Of a stretch of DNA of 64,000 nucleotides, positions 1 to 8,855 are shown one piece after another. Below the pieces are notes generated by a model, which saw only the letters and a program-made list of their open reading frames with translations, ran no database searches and was not told where the DNA came from. Position numbers and translations under genes: made by a program. Numbering within the stretch: the stretch's first letter is position 1; each line of letters begins with the position of its first letter. Source of the DNA: a virus. Lineage: Duplodnaviria; Caudoviricetes. The stretch covers positions 32,001-96,000 of the IMG/VR virus record IMGVR_UViG_3300048672_000970; one strand, 5' to 3'.

Positions 1-199
1 ATTGGAGAGTGGTGGACGTAGATTCTGAAAAAGAGTTACACCCTTTCAGAATCTTGTCCACATCTTCTTGGAAGAATGGGATGACATCGGCTTCCACATA
101 CATCGGCGTGAGAACTGTGCCAATTCTGGTAATTGGTCGAGTTGATGGCCCCGATGGCGTGGCCGGTGTGCCGATAGGCTTACCAATCATCGTGACCAT
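1..199 (-). CDS. hypothetical protein, runs off left edge (MVTMIGKPIGTPATPSG...)
   Basis: ATG at 199 with AAGGA SD just after the TerD stop; frame open to window edge. Confidence 0.5.
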   Translation of the reverse strand, partial: MVTMIGKPIGTPATPSGPSTRPITRIGTVLTPMYVEADVIPFFQEDVDKILKGCNSFSESTSTTLQ

Positions 200-207
200 C
201 TTTTTCC

Positions 208-858
208 TTAAGAGTAAACTTCCAGAACAGCGTTAAATTCGCCCTTGAACACAGATACTTGCGTGACGAACACCAGCGAGCCATTATTAGGGTCGATGGT
301 GAATGCACCAAGTTGTACACCATTGTATCCGGCAAATTCTTGTCCAGTGAGCGAAACGTCGAGAAGGACGTTGCCAGTAGAACTAACAACCTTGACAGCC
401 GCATCGGTAATGTCGGCAAACGTCTTGTTGTTCGGCGGTTGATTATGAATCATTGCCACCAGTGGAATTTCAATCGGCGCGGAACGGGCCGGAAAGAGTG
501 ACGGATTGATTTTAATCCATTCATCATCCGTGCCAGCATCACCATTCAGCGCATCCTTCGAGTGGAGCAGGGCACCGTTAAAGATTCCAAACGTGCCATC
601 CGGATTGAGTGGCAGCGTGCCAACTTCAACCATCTGTCCATTTTCCCGAACCTTCCGAATGACGTTATAGGTCGAAAGAATTTCATCGAAATCAGTGACC
701 TTCGCGCCGTTAGGCGTTTGACATGCGAACAGTGCATGTAGGTCAAGGTCAGCAGAACCAGACCAGTTCAGGAAGACAGTGACAGTTTCTGCCTTACTGG
801 TATTGAGGGACAGGGATTGGCGTTGGGTTGCCTTCGTAACATTCACCTTCAGAGCCAT
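208..858 (-). CDS. terD: TerD-family stress/tellurium resistance protein
   Basis: W..ADLDLHAL, HSKDALNGDAG.DDEWIKI motifs; clustered with TelA and TerC. Confidence 0.75.
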   Translation of the reverse strand: MALKVNVTKATQRQSLSLNTSKAETVTVFLNWSGSADLDLHALFACQTPNGAKVTDFDEILSTYNVIRKVRENGQMVEVGTLPLNPDGTFGIFNGALLHSKDALNGDAGTDDEWIKINPSLFPARSAPIEIPLVAMIHNQPPNNKTFADITDAAVKVVSSTGNVLLDVSLTGQEFAGYNGVQLGAFTIDPNNGSLVFVTQVSVFKGEFNAVLEVYS

Positions 859-869
859 GATTTCTCCTT

Positions 870-2075
870 TTACATAGACCGATTAACACCCGGTTGAATC
901 CGGGTTCCAAGCTGACCGAGAGTTTGAGTGACACTGGTCAGAGTATTCCACGCCACATCAAATTGTTGCTGTTGATTGGCACGGGCAGTTTCGATTTCCG
1001 ATTGCAGGGCTGCGATGTCATTCACCGTTTGTTGCAGGCGTTCAGCTTCTCGCACTCGGTTATCTCCCATCATTTTAGCAGACTTGAGAGCCACTTGTCC
1101 AGTCAGTTGCCCACGAACAGCGGCAAGATTTTCGTCCAAAGCTTGCCCTTGTAGCATGTTCCGCTGCAGAGTTGCAGTCACCAATGCTTGATGAATGTTA
1201 AGCATCGTCATCTTGATATTGGTGAATCGACTCAGTGCCGTTGACGTACTTTCCGTTAGGGTAATGATACCTGCTTCTTCCAGTTGAGTAATAACCAATT
1301 GGTCGGTCGGCAGCTTAAGCATGGCCGACGATAGGAAAATGGTGCGACTTTCAAGAGCGGCCAATTTCTGTTTCAGTTCAGACAGTTCATAGCCGTCAAG
1401 TTTCCCTTCCGCTTCAATCGCCTGAAAATCTTTTTTGCTCTTAGCAAGAATGAGCATCATGAATGCCACATCAGTTGTAAAGTCGGTAAACGCCTTTTGA
1501 TAAGCAGCCTTCAGTTTTTGCATTTCTTGAATAGACACAATCTGCTTTTGCTGGTCACGTTCAAGTTCAGCTTGCATCTTGTTAATGACATCATTCAGAT
1601 TTTTAGTCTTACCACGCAGAGTGATGCTAAGTCCGTTAATTACTTCATCAATGGCATTGTTGAGTTTCTTTTTAGAAAACATGCCAACAAACTTAGCCAT
1701 CGTCCCCGGTTGCGGATTGATAACTTGAGCAGCCAGTTCACCAACCTTTTCCTTTTCAATTTCTGCATTCAGTTCTTTAACCAGACGGTAAACAACCGGA
1801 GATTCACTGGAACACCGAGAAAGAAAATCACTGACGGTCTTCGCCAAACCCTTTTCAGCCGTATCGGCCAGCTTTGAAATATCGAGCAGATTAACGTCCT
1901 GCAGCGAAAATGAGTTAGCTTGTGCAACGGCTGCTTGCGTCATTTGCGGGGAAAGCTTGGTCGGGAAAGTTTCCAGCACCGACATATCTAGTGAAGGTTG
2001 TTGATAAATCGACGCGGAACTCGATTGTACGGGTTGACCAAAAGAAACGGGCTTGAACAGAGTTTGAGCGGACAT
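870..2075 (-). CDS. TelA-like toxic anion resistance protein
   Basis: 401 aa helical/coiled-coil protein of TelA-like size and composition, in Ter cluster. Confidence 0.6.
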   Translation of the reverse strand: MSAQTLFKPVSFGQPVQSSSASIYQQPSLDMSVLETFPTKLSPQMTQAAVAQANSFSLQDVNLLDISKLADTAEKGLAKTVSDFLSRCSSESPVVYRLVKELNAEIEKEKVGELAAQVINPQPGTMAKFVGMFSKKKLNNAIDEVINGLSITLRGKTKNLNDVINKMQAELERDQQKQIVSIQEMQKLKAAYQKAFTDFTTDVAFMMLILAKSKKDFQAIEAEGKLDGYELSELKQKLAALESRTIFLSSAMLKLPTDQLVITQLEEAGIITLTESTSTALSRFTNIKMTMLNIHQALVTATLQRNMLQGQALDENLAAVRGQLTGQVALKSAKMMGDNRVREAERLQQTVNDIAALQSEIETARANQQQQFDVAWNTLTSVTQTLGQLGTRIQPGVNRSM

Positions 2076-2130
2076 TAGATACTCCTAAATTGGTTACTTT
2101 CAATTGGGTAAAGGGGCCGAAGCCCCTTGT

Positions 2131-2808
2131 TCAATTCAGAGAGAATGCTCGGTCTTGGCGATGGTACAGATATGTTACCACACCTGCCAGGATACCGGCC
2201 ATCACCATGTTAGTGTGCGGAATCGACCAGATGAAAGTCACCGACAGCAGCATTTCCAGGGCGACATAGGCGAGCAGCGCGGCGCCAAAATCGACCAGAA
2301 CCGGGAACCGTTCCATGATGGCGATAACACCCTTAGAACCCCATACGATGATCGGAATGGACAGGATGATGCCAGCAATTGCGTAGGCAGTTGAATGTTC
2401 GCCGGCACTTTGAGCGGCACTAATGACGGCAAGAACGTTATCGAGGCTCATCGCAAAATCCGCAACAATGATAGTCCAAATGGCGCCACGCAGCGTATCA
2501 GATTGCGCAACTTCATGCTCACCTTCATCATGACCCATCGTTGCAGCCAGATAACCAAGATACCCGGCGCCGGCAACCTTCAGTGCATCGGATAGGTATG
2601 GGACAGAAAGCATCCAGCCGGCGAGAATGAGCATGACAGCTCGCAGTGCGACAGCTCCAGCAGTACCCCAAAAGATACCCTGCTTTTGTAGGGCGGGTGA
2701 TAGACCCATTACCGCCAGTGCAATGACGATAGCATTGTCTGCACCGAGAAGGATATCAATCATGACAATCTTGAAGATTGCCGCAAAGTCAATAGAAAAA
2801 TCAAACAT
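2131..2808 (-). CDS. terC: TerC-family integral membrane protein
   Basis: DILLGADNAIVIAL and ADFAMSLDNVLAV motifs, multiple TM helices. Confidence 0.9.
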   Translation of the reverse strand: MFDFSIDFAAIFKIVMIDILLGADNAIVIALAVMGLSPALQKQGIFWGTAGAVALRAVMLILAGWMLSVPYLSDALKVAGAGYLGYLAATMGHDEGEHEVAQSDTLRGAIWTIIVADFAMSLDNVLAVISAAQSAGEHSTAYAIAGIILSIPIIVWGSKGVIAIMERFPVLVDFGAALLAYVALEMLLSVTFIWSIPHTNMVMAGILAGVVTYLYHRQDRAFSLN

Positions 2809-2829
2809 GCAAAACTCCTTTAGAGTTGG

Positions 2830-3330
2830 TTAGGAAACGGATTTGGACGCGATGTGTGATTGCAGATTTTGTTCAGCGGTATGAAGTTCGGTTTCTAGCC
2901 GTTTCGTTTTATCCCAGCTATTTTGATATTGCCGGGTAGCCAGCCGCAGGCTGTCGGAAAGTTTCTGCAGAGTGTGAAAATAATACACATCCGACGCATA
3001 TTCATTCAGGTCATAGTACGGGATTCGTATTTCAAAGTAGTCAACCATTCCATTCAGAAAGTTGCCGTATTCATAAGAACAAATTAGAGCGAAATGCAGA
3101 ACCAGCATCCATGCAGAAAATTCACCTGCGCTATTATTAACACGCCGGATGTAAACCCACTTAGCAGAATCAACAATTTTTGTTACATCTGCTTCTCGGA
3201 TACTAGGTTTAGTGACACGAATTACGTCCGTGACAAATTTCTTTTGGTCAGGTTCGTTTTGGAAAGTGTTCAGTAATAGGTTATACTGATATTGAGCAAG
3301 AGCTTCAAAATCACATTGGTTAAGAATCAT
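2830..3330 (-). CDS. hypothetical protein
   Basis: 166 aa ORF with AAGGA SD. Confidence 0.65.
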   Translation of the reverse strand: MILNQCDFEALAQYQYNLLLNTFQNEPDQKKFVTDVIRVTKPSIREADVTKIVDSAKWVYIRRVNNSAGEFSAWMLVLHFALICSYEYGNFLNGMVDYFEIRIPYYDLNEYASDVYYFHTLQKLSDSLRLATRQYQNSWDKTKRLETELHTAEQNLQSHIASKSVS

Positions 3331-3448
3331 GGGGTTCCTTTGTTAAAATACACACTTGAATGACCGCCAGAATAACAAATGATATGATGCATCATGTCCT
3401 TTCAATTCAGTAAAAAACTGTGGTAAAATATGCCAAAACTTATTCAGT

Positions 3449-3769
3449 ATGTCAAATTTCAATTTCGATTGGTGTGTCTACGAAACTAGGCACCCATCAG
3501 GATTCTACTACATCGGAAAAGCGAAAATAGACAGAATTTACAAAGGATACAAAGGAAGTGGCACCCGGTTGAAGACTTCTTTCTTACAAGAAGGTTTTCA
3601 CAAGTCTACATGGAAAACCGACATTTTGCAAGTGTTCAGAACCGAAGAAGAAGCCTATCAATGGGAGGCTTGGTTACTCCCCATTGATAGGCTGGCAGAC
3701 CCGTTTTGTTTGAACAGCAAAGCTGGAGGTAGGCATGCTTCACGGAAAGGTCATTCTGCTTTGCTTTGA
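3449..3769 (+). CDS. short GIY-YIG (Seg-like) endonuclease
   Basis: VY..HPSGFYYIGK, YKGSG, EEEAYQWE, CLN motifs; opposite orientation to neighbours. Confidence 0.75.
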   Translation: MSNFNFDWCVYETRHPSGFYYIGKAKIDRIYKGYKGSGTRLKTSFLQEGFHKSTWKTDILQVFRTEEEAYQWEAWLLPIDRLADPFCLNSKAGGRHASRKGHSALL

Positions 3770-3784
3770 CGGTCGGAACGCTGC

Positions 3785-4033
3785 TTAAAGATATTTTCGC
3801 TCAATGGTATATCCACCAGTCAATCGGTCAACCATGTGGTAATCTACAAAATGCAGAATGTATTCAGACCCATGAATTCGCATACCAAATTCGTCAACCT
3901 GACACCGCACTTCTTGGCCCTGGTTAATCGGAATGGATTTAACCCTATTGAACAGCCTGTCCCAAAGATTCAACTACTCTGCTTCGTAGATAGATGCAGA
4001 AATGTCTGATTTGGTGGCACTATAATCAGTCAT
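3785..4033 (-). pseudogene. small ORF interrupted by an in-frame TAG (3974-3976)
   Basis: ATG at 4033 gives MTDYSATKSDISASIYEAE*LNLWDRLF..., in frame with the 62 aa ORF. Confidence 0.4.
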
Positions 4034-4034
4034 G

Positions 4035-4268
4035 TTACTTCCCTTCGCACGGAATGTAGGTGAAAGCCACCGATTGGCTATATCCACCACCAGTGGCAAT
4101 CTTTTCAGTGGACATCACTGCATAGCACCGGCCGGCCGAATCTTTCCCATAATACAGATGTGCCAACAGATTGTCAACGTCCCTCTGTGCCATCGGTGTG
4201 AAAGCCGGTTCAACGCACCCCGTCAATGCAAACGCTGCAACCACCATACCAAACAGCTTCTTCATCAC
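4035..4268 (-). CDS. small lipoprotein
   Basis: MKK + hydrophobic stretch + lipobox LTGC. Confidence 0.75.
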   Translation of the reverse strand: MMKKLFGMVVAAFALTGCVEPAFTPMAQRDVDNLLAHLYYGKDSAGRCYAVMSTEKIATGGGYSQSVAFTYIPCEGK

Positions 4269-4340
4269 TAACTCCGGTTAAATTTCGATGTAATGATTGT
4301 CGCAAAGTTCAGTCATGCCGGCAAGGGTTGTTACACTTTG

Positions 4341-4529
4341 TTACATCCTCGCCCAAATGAACAGACTCACCGCAAACATCACAACCAGCGGTATTGCACC
4401 CACCGACACTAGCCATAGCGCCGCAGAAAAAATTATCATGAAAGTGAAAATGGCGAGAAATATCATCGCCACCGGGATGAATACCCCTAGCATGATGACG
4501 CCAAAAATAAAGAAAGCTAACAGTTCCAT
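4341..4529 (-). CDS. small membrane protein
   Basis: 62 aa, almost entirely hydrophobic. Confidence 0.6.
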   Translation of the reverse strand: MELLAFFIFGVIMLGVFIPVAMIFLAIFTFMIIFSAALWLVSVGAIPLVVMFAVSLFIWARM

Positions 4530-4742
4530 TCAATCCCCCGTTTCAACTTGAGCTGGACATGTGCCAAAATTGTACTTGATTTCAAACCGTTTTTGAAAGT
4601 AGGTGCCCTGGTAATAATACTCACACCATAAAGCAACCGGCCAAGGGCCATTGCCTTCCACTTTCACATTTCCTGTCCAAAACGCAGTTCCGGCATAACT
4701 CATTTGGCAAACGAGTGCCAATCCCAAAATTGTTTTTCGCAT
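4530..4742 (-). CDS. small secreted protein
   Basis: MRKTILGLALVCQMSYA signal peptide; GGAGG SD upstream. Confidence 0.6.
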   Translation of the reverse strand: MRKTILGLALVCQMSYAGTAFWTGNVKVEGNGPWPVALWCEYYYQGTYFQKRFEIKYNFGTCPAQVETGD

Positions 4743-4771
4743 ATAGAAAAACCCTCCTAAGAGGGTTTTAG

Positions 4772-5053
4772 TTACCAAACAATCGGCTCGCCAGTCAGCT
4801 TGCGCAACAGCATGTTCACACCAGCCAGGGCAAGCAGTTGAACGTCGGGTGAAGCAACGTATCCATAACGCATTTGCAGGCCGATAGCGACCGCTGTAAT
4901 ACCGTTCACCCACAGTGTCTTACTGGTGTACCAAGGCTTACCGGGAACGCTTCCCATCGAGTCTGAAGCAAGGGCGGTGGCCGCCGTCATGATGGTCTGA
5001 TTAATCTTATCACTCGTTTGTTGATCCATATCTTCTTTCAGTTGTTCACTCAT
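4772..5053 (-). CDS. small two-TM membrane protein, holin-like
   Basis: KPWYTSKTLWVN..., VNMLLRKLT.EPI pattern typical of small phage membrane proteins. Confidence 0.5.
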   Translation of the reverse strand: MSEQLKEDMDQQTSDKINQTIMTAATALASDSMGSVPGKPWYTSKTLWVNGITAVAIGLQMRYGYVASPDVQLLALAGVNMLLRKLTGEPIVW

Positions 5054-5270
5054 TCAGCGACAGAGTGAGTTCGTCGTTTTTGAAAGTTAGGAAAAACACA
5101 TATCCAATCACTTCATCTAACACTCTGACAATCCTGTCTCGTTTTGCTGCATAGGCGGCTGATGTAATTTTGATAGTGAAGGTGTATTTCTCCGGGCCAA
5201 AGACGGCTTCTGGAAAAACAGACATCACCTTGCGTCTGAACTCATCTTGTGTAATTAAAGAAGTGCCCAT
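5046..5270 (-). CDS. hypothetical protein
   Basis: ORF with AAGGA SD before MGTSL. Confidence 0.55.
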   Translation of the reverse strand: MGTSLITQDEFRRKVMSVFPEAVFGPEKYTFTIKITSAAYAAKRDRIVRVLDEVIGYVFFLTFKNDELTLSLNE

Positions 5271-5782
5271 AACTTTCCTTTCTTCCAATCAGTATTTATT
5301 TCCTCATCATCAAAACATAAATTCGGTTTAGCAACGTTCGAGTGAAAGAACTGCCCATATTCCTCTTTCAGTTTCTGCTGACATAAGTATTCAAGGCGAC
5401 GCTTATCACCTTTAGTGATTTTATCACCATCACTAATCAACACGTCAAATATCAATTCGAGTGTTTCTATTTGGTCTGAACCGATAGCTGAGGCGAGTTG
5501 TTTTGCCAACATCGCTTCGCCGGTATTTGGAGTTGATGCCCCTGTGACCAATCTTGACTTATACTCTTTCGCCCTCTGCTTCAAATTTGATGTTTGCCCA
5601 ACTCCTATCGAAGAAAGGACTGTTCCATCAGTCAAATATGCATTGACGAAGATAGAGTAAATGCACCAGCAAGAATCGAAAGATGGTTTGATGACAACTA
5701 TCTTATCTTTCAATTTCTGGTGGTGCATTCTACGCTGTTCAAACAGGTCTTGAATGGACAGCGTTTTAATAAGTTCTTCCAT
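5255..5782 (-). CDS. GIY-YIG-like protein
   Basis: CIYSIF...VGQTSNLKQRAKEY resembles the GIY-YIG core. Confidence 0.5.
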   Translation of the reverse strand: MEELIKTLSIQDLFEQRRMHHQKLKDKIVVIKPSFDSCWCIYSIFVNAYLTDGTVLSSIGVGQTSNLKQRAKEYKSRLVTGASTPNTGEAMLAKQLASAIGSDQIETLELIFDVLISDGDKITKGDKRRLEYLCQQKLKEEYGQFFHSNVAKPNLCFDDEEINTDWKKGKLWALL

Positions 5783-5811
5783 GTTTCCCCATCTTTTCAG
5801 ATGGGATTATA

Positions 5812-6114
5812 TCACAGCGGCTTGACCCGGATGACAAACCAGAAGTTAGCGGGATTGTCTTGATTGAAAACCATTTCCCAATAGGGTTCGATACCAACAG
5901 ACTTGAATGCATTGACAAAACCTTCCCATTCAACATCATGCTTTGAAAAGCCTGCCTTGAATGGAATTTGCCCCTTGCTCAGTCCAAGTTCTGCCCATGC
6001 GAATCGATACGGGCCGGTGGCTGTCACGACCACCCCCACTTCTTTGATGGATGGATTGGTAATTTGCTTCGTCAGCACCTTGTACGCATCATCAAAAAAC
6101 TTTACTACACTCAT
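5812..6114 (-). CDS. hypothetical protein
   Basis: ORF with GGAG SD, tight packing. Confidence 0.65.
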   Translation of the reverse strand: MSVVKFFDDAYKVLTKQITNPSIKEVGVVVTATGPYRFAWAELGLSKGQIPFKAGFSKHDVEWEGFVNAFKSVGIEPYWEMVFNQDNPANFWFVIRVKPL

Positions 6115-6548
6115 TCTGTTTCTCCTTTCGGAAGTTCATTAAACATCGGATAAATTTGCTGAGGATTAAATTCTTCACTCAGGGTCATGTATTTATAATT
6201 CGGCTTTGCTACCTTATGACCAGTTCGATATAAATTCTCCATGAGAAGCATCGTGCTAAACAACGCCATTCGTTCATGCATTTCTTCCACACAGGATGAC
6301 AACTCAATTCCTTCACCAACCGCCAGAATTTCAAGCAGCATCATCAGTTGATGGCAGGAAGCTTCTGATAAAGCCGTTGGCTTGATTAAGAAATTGATGA
6401 AGAACGTTATTTCTTCATCAGTTCTGTTTTCCATCCAGTGCGAAATTGGATAATGCCCCTTAGCCATTAACTGCTTGGCAGCGTCAGAGACGAAAGGTAA
6501 AAATTCCGGATTGTCGATAACGCGATGTAAATCTAAGCCAAAGGACAT
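6111..6548 (-). CDS. hypothetical protein
   Basis: ORF with GAGG SD, ATGA overlap with next gene. Confidence 0.65.
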   Translation of the reverse strand: MSFGLDLHRVIDNPEFLPFVSDAAKQLMAKGHYPISHWMENRTDEEITFFINFLIKPTALSEASCHQLMMLLEILAVGEGIELSSCVEEMHERMALFSTMLLMENLYRTGHKVAKPNYKYMTLSEEFNPQQIYPMFNELPKGETE

Positions 6549-6559
6549 TTTGATTCCTC

Positions 6560-6775
6560 TTAAGAGATGATAACCACTTTTTCTTCCATTCCTGAAAGTT
6601 TCCAGTGGGCGAACAATTGCTTCTGCGCGGCAGGATTCAACTGTTCAAAAGTCACGTATGGTGGATTGCCAGCCATCACCGCGTCAAGAATTCGCACTGG
6701 CATATCGCCATGCTCATTGAGCAAATTAGTCAGTTGAGCGATCAGTTCCGTCAACGTTGCAGCCGGCTTTTCCAT
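6560..6775 (-). CDS. hypothetical protein
   Basis: tightly packed ORF. Confidence 0.6.
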   Translation of the reverse strand: MEKPAATLTELIAQLTNLLNEHGDMPVRILDAVMAGNPPYVTFEQLNPAAQKQLFAHWKLSGMEEKVVIIS

Positions 6776-7041
6776 CAGGCAGCGTTTCGAGAAATCCAGC
6801 GAAGACCGTGGTGAATGGTCACAAGATCGTTATCACTCGGCATCACTGAAAATTGATGCTTCTTGTTCTTACAAACCGAACCTTGGGCGGTAATCGAGTA
6901 AGTCAGGCCATCGTCCAGTTGAATATAGACTGAGCCGATTTGCTGTTGACGCGGAGTTTGAATAACGTCCGCGCGAGGAAACTTGGTCTTAATTGCTTGC
7001 CAAGTCTTAGAACCAGTGATTGATTGAACGTATGAAGTCAT
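6775..7041 (-). CDS. hypothetical protein
   Basis: AAGGA SD before MTSYVQ. Confidence 0.6.
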   Translation of the reverse strand: MTSYVQSITGSKTWQAIKTKFPRADVIQTPRQQQIGSVYIQLDDGLTYSITAQGSVCKNKKHQFSVMPSDNDLVTIHHGLRWISRNAA

Positions 7042-7125
7042 ATTTTCCTTTCGGTTAGGTTGTGCCAAAATGGCTTAGAGAAGGGTGGGCAATCCACCCT
7101 GTAAGAATTTCTATTGTAACAGATT

Positions 7126-7767
7126 TTACTGCAAGTACGTCTTCGACGTTTGATATTCAAGTGCCGCTGCAATTTGGTGAACACCGGACGCTGAATTGCC
7201 ATCAATGACCGTATCCCAATGAGCACGAGTAAACCAGTCAATTTCACTTGAACTCATTGACACAATCCGCTTGGTATGCTCATCAATTTCGGCATAAAGG
7301 ACTTGCGCGATATCTTGCAAAGTTTCGTTATTAACTAACTTACCGAGCAGCGTGCCAACCGTCCGATTGACAATCCGCTCAATCCTCGCCTGAATATCAC
7401 AATAGACGAATACGGAGAAAACCTTGAAGCCAATTTCCTTCGCCTTTTCTTGCCAAGTGAGAAGTCCGTTCGGTTCAACAATGATAACGGGAATCAGATC
7501 CGTTTCAATGACAGAGCTTTTCTGAGCACCGTACAGATGTCCGTTAATTTCAAGTTTCTCCCATTCGACAAACATGTCATTTTTCACCAGAGACATGAAT
7601 TCATCTTCTGAGACGAAATGATAGTCAATACCGTTAATTTCGCCTTCTCGAATTGGTCGGGTGGTCGTCGTGATAATCCGTTGATACTGGCCCGTATCAA
7701 CCAATTCATCAATCAGGGTTGATTTCCCTGATGCAGTTCCACCCACAATTACAATCATCGTCCGCAT
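7126..7767 (-). CDS. gmk: guanylate kinase-like protein
   Basis: GGTASGKST P-loop, TTTTRPIREGEINGIDYHFVS, YG motif. Confidence 0.85.
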   Translation of the reverse strand: MRTMIVIVGGTASGKSTLIDELVDTGQYQRIITTTTRPIREGEINGIDYHFVSEDEFMSLVKNDMFVEWEKLEINGHLYGAQKSSVIETDLIPVIIVEPNGLLTWQEKAKEIGFKVFSVFVYCDIQARIERIVNRTVGTLLGKLVNNETLQDIAQVLYAEIDEHTKRIVSMSSSEIDWFTRAHWDTVIDGNSASGVHQIAAALEYQTSKTYLQ

Positions 7768-7775
7768 ATTTCTCC

Positions 7776-8846
7776 TTATCGACCGAACCCAAATGCTGCC
7801 CGAGTTGGCTTCGCTTCCGCATGGTGTTCAGCATGGTTACCTACTGTAGACAGATTATATACCGAAAGTTCAGGAAGTTCCGGCAGGCCGAGAGCCGAAT
7901 TTACATTGACAGCTTCTGAACGAGTCAGATTACGGAAATTGATAACGTCGAAACACCGGCCTGGGCGAAGAAGTGCTGGGTCAACTTTGTTAATGGATGC
8001 GAGGTTGGTCGAGAAGATAATCTTCTTGTTAGACGACATAACACCATCTGCAATGTTCAGAAACTTGTGCAGAAGGTTATTCCCTCGTTCTCGGTCAACA
8101 CTTAGGAAAGTATCCGCGTCTTCCATGATGAGCATCCGTTGAGCAGTATTTTGCATGAAGTTAGCAAAGAATCCGTCACCGGACAGAATTCGATCATCGT
8201 AGGACAGCAGAGCATCCGCGCGAGAAATGCGGATAAGTTGCTTCAGAAAACTGGTCTTACCAGTACCGGGCGGGCCGATGAGGACTAGAACTGACGATTT
8301 GCTTTCCATGTACCGGCGCATGTATGCGTGCGGGTCTTCGGAAATGAACGGATAAGCTTCCGGGATAAATTCCCGATTGTCCAGTTCAATCGTAACTGAA
8401 TTTCCATTCTCAGCATAAACCCATTCAACAGCGGCGGGTGGATTGGTAAAAGCGTCTGATTCAAACCATTGCGCAACTGGTGCCAAAAATTGAGGATTGC
8501 CGGCATAAGAACAGAACAGACGACTATCAAGCCGGCCGGCGATAGTCAGAATAAACTGAGGGTGAATGACGTTAAAACGGAATCCGTTAGAACCCGCGTC
8601 ATTCGATACCACTTCTTCTTCAAAGATGCGGCAATCTTCCATTTTAACTGCACCATCATAACGTCCAATCAGCTCGGCGAAAAACACATCGACGTTAAAT
8701 TCACTTGGGCATGCGACTGACCGGGTGTATTGCCGCTTTGAAATGTAATGCTGAGTAAGATAATCATCAATACGGAACTTGATGATATCTAGCATGTTAT
8801 GAGTATGCGCGGAAATTTTCGATTCGATTGAAGGGTGAGTAATCAT
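7776..8846 (-). CDS. AAA-family ATPase
   Basis: GPPGTGKT Walker A, LIMEDAD Walker B, STN sensor, DPALLRPGR arginine finger. Confidence 0.9.
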   Translation of the reverse strand: MITHPSIESKISAHTHNMLDIIKFRIDDYLTQHYISKRQYTRSVACPSEFNVDVFFAELIGRYDGAVKMEDCRIFEEEVVSNDAGSNGFRFNVIHPQFILTIAGRLDSRLFCSYAGNPQFLAPVAQWFESDAFTNPPAAVEWVYAENGNSVTIELDNREFIPEAYPFISEDPHAYMRRYMESKSSVLVLIGPPGTGKTSFLKQLIRISRADALLSYDDRILSGDGFFANFMQNTAQRMLIMEDADTFLSVDRERGNNLLHKFLNIADGVMSSNKKIIFSTNLASINKVDPALLRPGRCFDVINFRNLTRSEAVNVNSALGLPELPELSVYNLSTVGNHAEHHAEAKPTRAAFGFGR

Positions 8847-8855
8847 GCAAGTCCT

